The notes under the pieces: generated by a model
What the model saw: the letters and a program-made list of their open reading frames with translations, nothing else
Told to the model about the DNA's origin: nothing
The model's database searches: none
Assembly: GCA_965207065.1 (NCBI GenBank)
Contig: OZ242260.1
Location: forward strand, 3,168,001-3,232,000
Direction of reading: 5' to 3'
Length of the DNA stretch: 64,000 nt
DNA from: a bacterium
GTDB lineage: Bacteria > UBA8248
Shown here: in pieces, positions 56,885 through 64,000 of the stretch
Position numbering within the stretch: position 1 is the stretch's first letter
How the letters are laid out: every line of letters starts with the position of its first letter
Position numbers and translations under genes: made by a program

Positions 56885-57691
56885 CTACCCCGTGGTGAAC
56901 AGGTAGAGCAGGGCAAGTGCGCCCGCGCCCCAGCAGTAGTAGCGAAAGCGCGCGAGGTTGCCGCCCTTAACGAGCCGGATGAGCCAGCCCAGGGCGGCTG
57001 TCCCCACGATAGCCGCGGCCAGCGCGCCGACGGCGAAGGGGAGCAGCTTGGCCCCGAGCGGGCCTTCCAGGTCTTTTATCTTGAGGGCGAATGCGCCCAG
57101 GATCGCGGGTACCGAGAGCAAAAAGCTGAAGCGCGCGGTCTGTTCGCGCGCCACCCCGCGCATGAGGGCGGCGGCGATGGTCGCCCCCGAGCGGGAGATT
57201 CCCGGAATGATGGCGAACGCCTGGAATACGCCGATGATGAGGGCGTCCTTGGCCGTCATTTCGGCTTCTCCGCGGCCTGCGCCCTCCCGGGGTTCGCTCA
57301 GGCACAGAATGCCGCCCGTCACGAGCAGCGCGCAGGCGGCGAGCCTGGGCGAGGCGAACATCTCTTCGACCAGACCACCCAGAAAAACACCCACAATCCC
57401 CGCCGGGACCGATCCCAGAATCAGGAGCCAGCCAGTTCTTGCCGCGCCGTCGCCTGAATCTTTACCCGCCAGGGACGAGACCCAACCCCGGGCGATGCGC
57501 CATAGGTCTTTTCCGTAGAATACGAGTACGGCGGCGAGCGTGCCGACGTGGAGCAGGACGTCGAAGAGCAACTCGGGTTCTTTCAGTCCCAGAATGCTCT
57601 GGCCCAGAACGAGGTGTCCCGAACTGCTCACCGGCAGAAACTCGGTCAGGCCTTGCACGACGCCGAGAATGAGGGCGTGTTCCCAGGGCAT
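56885..57691 (-). CDS. uppP: Undecaprenyl-diphosphate phosphatase
   Basis: LGVVQGLTEFLPVSSSGHL, PGISRSGATI, ARFSFLLS; start ATG 57691. Confidence 0.95.
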   Translation of the reverse strand: MPWEHALILGVVQGLTEFLPVSSSGHLVLGQSILGLKEPELLFDVLLHVGTLAAVLVFYGKDLWRIARGWVSSLAGKDSGDGAARTGWLLILGSVPAGIVGVFLGGLVEEMFASPRLAACALLVTGGILCLSEPREGAGRGEAEMTAKDALIIGVFQAFAIIPGISRSGATIAAALMRGVAREQTARFSFLLSVPAILGAFALKIKDLEGPLGAKLLPFAVGALAAAIVGTAALGWLIRLVKGGNLARFRYYCWGAGALALLYLFTTG

Positions 57692-57713
57692 GTTCAATCT
57701 TCCGGTGGACGGT

Positions 57714-58829
57714 TCATAGGAATCTGACGCCGTCAGGCCCAAGGTTTTTGACCATCTCGCCGATTTTTTCCGCATCCTCAATCGAGCAGATGAGAAGCGC
57801 GTCGTCCGTCTCGACGACGATGACGTCCTCGACCCCGACTGCGGCGACGAATTTCTTGTTCGAGCGGACAATCAGGTTCTTCGCGCCGATGGCTTCGGTT
57901 TTGCCCCCCTTGGGCAGTATCCACACGTTTCCGTCCTCATCGCGCGGCAGGACGCCTCGTATAGCGGGCCATGTGCCCAGATCGCTCCAGCCGACGTCGG
58001 CCGGCAAGACGATGAGTTTCCGCGATTTCTCCATCACCGCATGATCGATGCTGATAGACTCGCACTTCTCCCAGGATTTCGCGAATGCGGCTGCGTCGCG
58101 CTTCAGTAGTGCAGATGCCGCCCGGCTTAGCGTTGCGCTCAGGCGGGGCAGGTGGACATCGAGTTCATCGACCAGGTGTGCGGCCTGGGAGACGAAGATG
58201 CCGCTGTTCCAGTAATGTTTGCCGGAAGCAGCATACCTCTTGGCACGGGCGAGAGGGGGCTTTTCAATAAACCTCTTTGCGCGAAACGCCTCTTGGTCTC
58301 CCGCATCCGTAATGCGCCCGCCGCGCTCGATGTAGCCGAAACCGGTCTCGGGCGAATCAGGCGTCACCCCGAGCGAGACGATTGCCTCATGCTCACTCGC
58401 CAGACGCGCCCCCGCCTTTATGAGTTGTCGGAATTCCCTCGTCTTCGCGACGAACTGGTCTGCGGGCACGGCGCACATGAGCGCGCCCGGCTCTCTCGAT
58501 TCAATGAGGCGCGCCGCCAGGCCGAGGCAGGGCGCGGTGTTTCTCCCCGCAGGCTCATGGACGACGTTGCGCTTGGGGATATCGAGATTCCGGAAGAATT
58601 TCCGGTGCGCGGTCGAGGCCATGATGAGCGTTCGCTCGGGCGGGGCGAGGCCGCGTATGCGTTTAAGCGTCGCATCAAGCAGCGTGGGGCCTGCGTTTTT
58701 GGGAGGAATCCCTCCGCCCGGGGGCAGGAATTGCTTGGGCTTCGACTTTCTGCTCACAGGCCAGAAGCGCGTTCCCGCGCCTCCCGCCATGATGACCGCC
58801 CACAATGGGGACGTGTCGCGCCTGGTCAC
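57714..58829 (-). CDS. Mannose-1-phosphate guanylyltransferase
   Basis: MAGGAGTRFWPVSR..KPKQF, EPAGRNTAP, FIEKP, WNSGIF, WSDLGTW. Confidence 0.9.
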   Translation of the reverse strand: MTRRDTSPLWAVIMAGGAGTRFWPVSRKSKPKQFLPPGGGIPPKNAGPTLLDATLKRIRGLAPPERTLIMASTAHRKFFRNLDIPKRNVVHEPAGRNTAPCLGLAARLIESREPGALMCAVPADQFVAKTREFRQLIKAGARLASEHEAIVSLGVTPDSPETGFGYIERGGRITDAGDQEAFRAKRFIEKPPLARAKRYAASGKHYWNSGIFVSQAAHLVDELDVHLPRLSATLSRAASALLKRDAAAFAKSWEKCESISIDHAVMEKSRKLIVLPADVGWSDLGTWPAIRGVLPRDEDGNVWILPKGGKTEAIGAKNLIVRSNKKFVAAVGVEDVIVVETDDALLICSIEDAEKIGEMVKNLGPDGVRFL

Positions 58830-59416
58830 TGCAAGAATCCTTTGAACAGGAGAAAACCGCCCAAAAGCAATACGATAAAGATGATGGTCAATAAATTAAA
58901 GCGGCGATCGATGAAACTTCGAATCGGGGGGCCGAAGCGGTGGATAAGCGCGGCCTCGATGAAAAAGCGCGCCGAGCGACTCAAAATCGACGCGATGAGG
59001 AAAACGAGGAAATTGATTTCGAACGCGCCCGCCGAGATGGTGAACACCTTGTAGGGGATCGGCGTGAATCCGGCGATCGCCACCGCCCAGGCGTCATAGG
59101 CGCGGTAGTATTCCTGAACGATCTGGTATTTATCCGCTACGCCGTAGAACGCGATAATGGGCTCGCCGACGCTTTTCAGGAGATAAAAGCCGATCATGTA
59201 GCCCAGCGCGCCGCCCAGGACGGAGAACGCCGAGCAGACGGCGGCGTAGAGATACGCCCTTTGCGGCCTGGCGAGCGCGAGGGCCATCAGGAGCGGGTCC
59301 GGCGGAATGGGGAAGAAGACGGATTCCGTCGTCGATACGACGATGAGGGCGGGCAGGGCGTAGCGCGAATCCGCCCAGCTCAGCACCCACTCGTAGAGCG
59401 CGCGGAGGCTACGCAT
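58826..59416 (-). CDS. YqaA/DedA-family membrane protein
   Basis: ESVFFPIPPD, FTPIPYKVFTISAG. Confidence 0.9.
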   Translation of the reverse strand: MRSLRALYEWVLSWADSRYALPALIVVSTTESVFFPIPPDPLLMALALARPQRAYLYAAVCSAFSVLGGALGYMIGFYLLKSVGEPIIAFYGVADKYQIVQEYYRAYDAWAVAIAGFTPIPYKVFTISAGAFEINFLVFLIASILSRSARFFIEAALIHRFGPPIRSFIDRRFNLLTIIFIVLLLGGFLLFKGFLQ

Positions 59417-60818
59417 CCGGAAGCGTGACGGCGGGGTATTTTTTTATCTCTTCGTATACTTCGCTCTGGTACGCGCGGAGGGAGGGTTCATCGAGCGCCT
59501 CGAAGCGCATGACGAGCACGGGCTGGGTGTTGGATGCCCGTATGAGGCCCCAGCCTTTCTCGAAATTGATGCGCGCCCCATCCACTTCAATGGTTTCGTA
59601 GAGGTTCTTGAAGTGTTTCTTTAGGTTTTCGACGATCTGGAATTTCTCCTCGTCCGGGCACGCGACTCTTATCTCGGGTGTCGAGACTGACGTGGGGATC
59701 TTAGACACCCGCTCGGCGAGCGTTTCGCCGGAGTCGCAGAGAAGATGCAGGAGTCTGGCCGCGGTGTAGATGGCGTCGTCATAGCCCAGGTACCCGTCCA
59801 CGAAGAAGATGTGGCCGGAGAGTTCACCGCCCAGGGGGGCCTTCTCCTCCACAATCTTGGCGCGTACGAGCGAGTGCCCTGTCGCGCTCATCACCGGACG
59901 CCCGCCCATCTGCTTAACGGCGTCGGCGAGGCGAGATGAGCACTTCACGTCGAAGACGATGGCCTCTCCGGGGCTGCGCGCCAGAATGGGCGCGGCAAGC
60001 AGCATGAGCAGTTCGTCCCCCCAGATGATCCGGCCCGTGGCGTCCACCGCGCCGATGCGGTCCCCGTCGCCGTCCAGGCCGATTCCCGCCTCGGCGCCCG
60101 TCTCGCGCACCATCGCTATCAGGGATTCGAGGTTTTCGGGCACCGTGGGGTCAGGGTGGTGATTCGGGTAGGAGGCGTCGGGCTCGGTGAAGAGCTCCAC
60201 CACCTCGGCGCCGATTCTTCTCAGCACCTGGGGCGCCAACGTGCCGCCTACCCCATTTCCCGCATCGACGACCACCTTGACGGGCCGCGAGAGCGCCAGG
60301 TCCTTGGACGCCCGCTCGATGTATTGGGGCCGGATGTCGATTTCCTCGAACGCGCCCCGCACCTCGGCCCGGTGGATCCGGTTCTCCTCGATGATTTTTC
60401 TGATTTCCTGAATTTCAACGCCGTGAATCGCTTCGCGCCCCCGGGTGATCTTGAAGCCGTTGAATTCAGGCGGGTTGTGCGATCCCGTGATCTGCACGGC
60501 TCCCGCCACGTCGAGGTGGTGCGTCGCGAAGGAAACCACCGGGGTGGGAACCATGCCGATCCCGATGACGCGGCAGCCCGAGGCGGTGAGGCCCTTTTGG
60601 AGTGCTTCGTAGAAACCGGGGGAGGAGAAGCGGTTGTCGCGTCCGACGGCGATGGCGGCCCCCTGTGAGCCGCCCAGGTGCGTGCCGAGAGCGCCGCCGA
60701 TGGTCTCGACGATCTCGGTGGTGAGGTCTTTTTCCACAACGCCGCGAATGTCGTATTCCCTGAAGATCAGCGGGTTGATGCCGGGCACGAAAAACTCCTG
60801 TTCCGGGCGAGGACGCAT
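59409..60818 (-). CDS. Phosphomannomutase/phosphoglucomutase
   Basis: FREYDIRG, TGSHNP, DGDGDR, GELSGH, RASNT; start may lie slightly downstream. Confidence 0.93.
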   Translation of the reverse strand: MRPRPEQEFFVPGINPLIFREYDIRGVVEKDLTTEIVETIGGALGTHLGGSQGAAIAVGRDNRFSSPGFYEALQKGLTASGCRVIGIGMVPTPVVSFATHHLDVAGAVQITGSHNPPEFNGFKITRGREAIHGVEIQEIRKIIEENRIHRAEVRGAFEEIDIRPQYIERASKDLALSRPVKVVVDAGNGVGGTLAPQVLRRIGAEVVELFTEPDASYPNHHPDPTVPENLESLIAMVRETGAEAGIGLDGDGDRIGAVDATGRIIWGDELLMLLAAPILARSPGEAIVFDVKCSSRLADAVKQMGGRPVMSATGHSLVRAKIVEEKAPLGGELSGHIFFVDGYLGYDDAIYTAARLLHLLCDSGETLAERVSKIPTSVSTPEIRVACPDEEKFQIVENLKKHFKNLYETIEVDGARINFEKGWGLIRASNTQPVLVMRFEALDEPSLRAYQSEVYEEIKKYPAVTLPDA

Positions 60819-61027
60819 TTTCGGAAAGCGGGCGAATTATTGCACCCCCTTCTTCGCCGGGCAACCTCATTTTCAATCCCGCCCTTTGTTCTTCCCCGTC
60901 GTGAGGGGGTATACTGCGCCTACGACCGCCTGTGCGCAGATACGCTCTACGCCTTCTGGATGGTTCGGTTATTGAAAATCTTGAAATTCAGTAATTATTC
61001 TTCTCTACATGACGGGAGATTTTCGAG

Positions 61028-61726
61028 TTGACCGCAGATACGGGTCCATTGAGCGAGCGAGTAATGATAAAGCTGGGGCGTGGCTTCGTGGGTCTTCTGG
61101 TGCGCGTATTCACCAGGATGAAAATCAGCGGAATGGAAAACATCCCGCCGGGAGGGAACATCCTCTTTTTGAGCAATCATATCTCCGCGCTCGACGTCCT
61201 GGTGATCCCCTGGGCCATCTACCTGAAATATCCTGAAGAACTGCTTCGCCAAGCGGGAAAAGAAGAGCTTTTCGATCTCCCCGTCGTTGGCTGGATACTG
61301 CACAAATGGCGGGGGTTCCCCATCAAACGGGGCGGGGCGGACAGAAATTCCATCCGAATGATTGAGGAATACATCAAAGAGGGAAAAGTGATCCTCTACC
61401 CCGAGGGCACGCGGAGCCGTGACGGGAGGCTCCTGCGGGGAAACCGGATGGTAGGCCGAATCGTGAGAAACACCACCCCCACGGTCATTCCCGTCTCAAT
61501 CACGGGGGCGGACCGGGTGATTCCGGTGGGCAAGACCCTGCCCCGCCCGGGTACGAGGGTCGAGTTGCGATTCGGCGCCCCGATGGATTTAAGCGGTGAG
61601 TATGCAATCGCCAACACGAAAGAGGCGAGCCAGAAGATTATCGATCGCGTCATGATGGCGATTGGGGAACTTCAAAACGGGGAAACCGCCGAAATTCCAG
61701 AGAAAAAGGGCGCTGCAAGTGAGTAG
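61028..61726 (+). CDS. 1-acyl-sn-glycerol-3-phosphate acyltransferase (PlsC family)
   Basis: NHISALD, FPIKRG, YPEGTRS; start uncertain. Confidence 0.88.
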   Translation: MTADTGPLSERVMIKLGRGFVGLLVRVFTRMKISGMENIPPGGNILFLSNHISALDVLVIPWAIYLKYPEELLRQAGKEELFDLPVVGWILHKWRGFPIKRGGADRNSIRMIEEYIKEGKVILYPEGTRSRDGRLLRGNRMVGRIVRNTTPTVIPVSITGADRVIPVGKTLPRPGTRVELRFGAPMDLSGEYAIANTKEASQKIIDRVMMAIGELQNGETAEIPEKKGAASE

Positions 61727-62210
61727 GGGACCCTTCTCGAAGCCCAGAAAGTTTTCATCCATCCTGAGAGAGGTGCGCCAGAAAGAGCCGTGGGGCAAGA
61801 GGCTGGCGAGGAATTTCGTGTTTCGAATCTGGCCGAGGGCCGTGGGTGAGGGCATCTCACGGGCGGCGCGGCCGGTATCTATCAGAAAAGGTTGCCTCTA
61901 TGTGGAAGTTGCGGACTCGAGTTGGCTGTATGAACTCGAACTGAGAAAACAGGATTTGATGGCGAGAATCAATGAGCACATGGAGGATTCTCGCATCGAC
62001 GAGATTCGCTTCAGACTCTCGAACGCAGGCCTCACCTTTGATGATGACGATGAGGAGGATGAACAGGCTGCGTCTTCGCGGAGAGCGACGCCGATTTCCT
62101 CCGGCGATGACGCAGCCATAGAGGACGCCATCGCCGACGTGGGTGATGAGCAATTACGCCGAGCAGCGGAAAAACTCATTTGCCACATTCGTACGCATGG
62201 AAATTCCTAA
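61719..62210 (+). CDS. DUF721 / DciA-like protein
   Basis: WPRAVG..I...ARP.....G.LYVEV.DSSWLYEL pattern; GTG 61719 overlaps the plsC end. Confidence 0.75.
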   Translation: MSRGPFSKPRKFSSILREVRQKEPWGKRLARNFVFRIWPRAVGEGISRAARPVSIRKGCLYVEVADSSWLYELELRKQDLMARINEHMEDSRIDEIRFRLSNAGLTFDDDDEEDEQAASSRRATPISSGDDAAIEDAIADVGDEQLRRAAEKLICHIRTHGNS

Positions 62211-62256
62211 TTATGATAATATCCGGCGCGAGAAATAGTTGGAGAGGTTGCATTTT

Positions 62257-63996
62257 ATGTTGAAATTCTACGGCAAGCTGATATTGCCCCTCGCCCTGAT
62301 CCTGGCTGGGTGCGCGCCCCTCGAACCCGAGGTGAAGCCCGCCGCGCCTGCGCCCGTGGTCAAGCTGCGTCCGCTTTCAGACAAAATAAAGGGTACGTCG
62401 AAGTCCTATTTTCATTTTATCGCCGGGTATCGGGAAGAATTGGCCGGGAACCTCAAAGAAGCGGAAACGTCTTATGTCCAGGCGGACATGTACAATCCGA
62501 ACTCCTCTTTTCTGTCGACTCGCCTGGCGTCGCTTCTCGTCCGTCAGGGGGAACTGACCGAGGCCGAAAAATACGCTCTCAAGGCGACGGCGCAGGATGC
62601 GAAGAACCTGGAGGCCCACTTCGTTCTGGGGGGCATATACGCTTCGAGGATGAAACTGGACGAAGCCGTCGCGATTTATAAAAAAGTGCTGAAAATGAGT
62701 CCCGATCACCAGCAAACGCGCCTGCTCCTGGGCAGCGTCTATCTGGATTTGGGCAAATACTCCGAAGCCGCCGAGACGCTGGAAGTCCTCGTCGAGTCGG
62801 GAAAAAGGCCCATTCTCGGCAGGTATAGTCTCGCGCAGGCCTATGCGGGCTTGAAAAAATACGCCGAGGCGGAGAGAGAAATTTTTACACTGCTGGAGAG
62901 ACAGCCCAGATTCATGCGCGGCAGGCTCCTGCTCGCCAGGCTCTATGAGGCGCAGGAAAAATTCGAAGAAGCGGAAGCAACCTACAAAAAAGCGCAAAAA
63001 ATCGAACCCGGCAACCGAATCATTCGCTCTCGCCTGGGGCAGCTCTACATACGAAAGAAGAATATGAAGCAGGCTCTGGAAGAGTTCAAAGTGCTCCGCT
63101 CGGAGGAACCCGACAACGTGAGTGTGCACCGCACGCTCGGTTTTTTGAACTTCGATCAAAGAGAATTTCAAGATGCGCTTCGGGAATTTCGATTCGTCCT
63201 GGCGAGGAATCCGAAAGACGAAATGGTGCGCAAGTATGTCGCGAGAATTTATGAAGAACTGAAGCAATATAAGCGCGCCGAGGAGGAACTTCTCGAGTTA
63301 TTGTCTTTATTGCCCAAGTCGCTGGATGGGCACATCCAACTCGCCTGGTTGTACATCGACCAGAAAGAGTGGAAAAAGGCGAGCGACATTCTGGATAAGG
63401 CCGTAAAGCACCATCCCGAGGAAGGACGGTTGCATTATACGCGCGGTTTGGCGCTCTCCAGACAGAAGCAGTTCACCGAAGCCCTGCCCCATCTTCAAAG
63501 AGCGGTGACACTGGAGCCCGACAGAGAGGGTTATTTGTATTCTCTCGCCTCGGCGTTTTACGAGCTAAAGCGTTGGGACGACGTGGAGGCGACGACGAGA
63601 AAAATCATTCGTATAAACCCGAAGCATGCGAATGCTCTGAACTTGCTGGGCTATATGTTCTCCGAACTTGATAAAAATATCGCTGAAGCGGAAAAACTGC
63701 TGGACCGCGCCTTGGCGATCGAGCCGGAGAACGCCGCTTTTCTCGACAGCATCGGGTGGATCTACTACCGTCAGGGCCGCTTAAACGAAGCACTCGTAAA
63801 GGTGCGTCACGCGGCGACGAAGATGCCCAAGGACGCTGTCGTCCTTGATCACCTGGGCGACATATATTTCGCCTTGGAAGACCTCGGAAATGCGCTTCTC
63901 CACTGGAAGCGTGCCTCCGAGGCGGACCCGAAAAACGAAAAACTGAAAAAAAAGATTCAAAAGTACCTTCAGAAAAAGGATAAGCCCCTCATGTAG
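62257..63996 (+). CDS. TPR-repeat lipoprotein
   Basis: Lipobox LAG-C; many TPRs; ALNLLGYM, FLDSIGWIYY, DHLGDIY. Confidence 0.88.
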   Translation: MLKFYGKLILPLALILAGCAPLEPEVKPAAPAPVVKLRPLSDKIKGTSKSYFHFIAGYREELAGNLKEAETSYVQADMYNPNSSFLSTRLASLLVRQGELTEAEKYALKATAQDAKNLEAHFVLGGIYASRMKLDEAVAIYKKVLKMSPDHQQTRLLLGSVYLDLGKYSEAAETLEVLVESGKRPILGRYSLAQAYAGLKKYAEAEREIFTLLERQPRFMRGRLLLARLYEAQEKFEEAEATYKKAQKIEPGNRIIRSRLGQLYIRKKNMKQALEEFKVLRSEEPDNVSVHRTLGFLNFDQREFQDALREFRFVLARNPKDEMVRKYVARIYEELKQYKRAEEELLELLSLLPKSLDGHIQLAWLYIDQKEWKKASDILDKAVKHHPEEGRLHYTRGLALSRQKQFTEALPHLQRAVTLEPDREGYLYSLASAFYELKRWDDVEATTRKIIRINPKHANALNLLGYMFSELDKNIAEAEKLLDRALAIEPENAAFLDSIGWIYYRQGRLNEALVKVRHAATKMPKDAVVLDHLGDIYFALEDLGNALLHWKRASEADPKNEKLKKKIQKYLQKKDKPLM

Positions 63997-64000
63997 GGAC

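Overview
The window has two parts. About 1-38.9 kb is an accessory region built around an F/H-type conjugation module on the minus strand (two HTH_17 regulators, traA-L-E-K-B-V-C, a degenerate HD-domain gene, trbI, S26 peptidase, traW-U-trbC-N-F-H-G, a convergent entry-exclusion-like gene, traD, and a MOBF traI). Directly upstream and co-oriented are a Slam/type 11 secretion-like outer-membrane translocon and a secreted protein ending in a TbpB-like barrel, preceded by a perfect 16 x CTGTGGGT repeat. Two more TbpB-barrel lipoproteins, a LuxR-type regulator, a trypsin-Sel1 protease, AbiE and RES toxin-antitoxin pairs and a VRR-NUC gene flank the module. About 39-64 kb is host chromosome (tsaD, dusB, SDR, LpoA-like, M50 protease, orphan pilM, aroB, aroQ, Xaa-Pro peptidase, efp, livKHMGF, NIPSNAP, uppP, manC-like, DedA/YqaA, PMM/PGM, plsC-like, DUF721, TPR lipoprotein) with several REP/MITE-like repeat families between genes. 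I found no integrase, att site, tRNA, rRNA or CRISPR array. All calls come from reading motifs and gene context by eye; no database search was run. The most interesting candidate system is a conjugative element carrying a Slam/T11SS surface-display kit with several cargo proteins.
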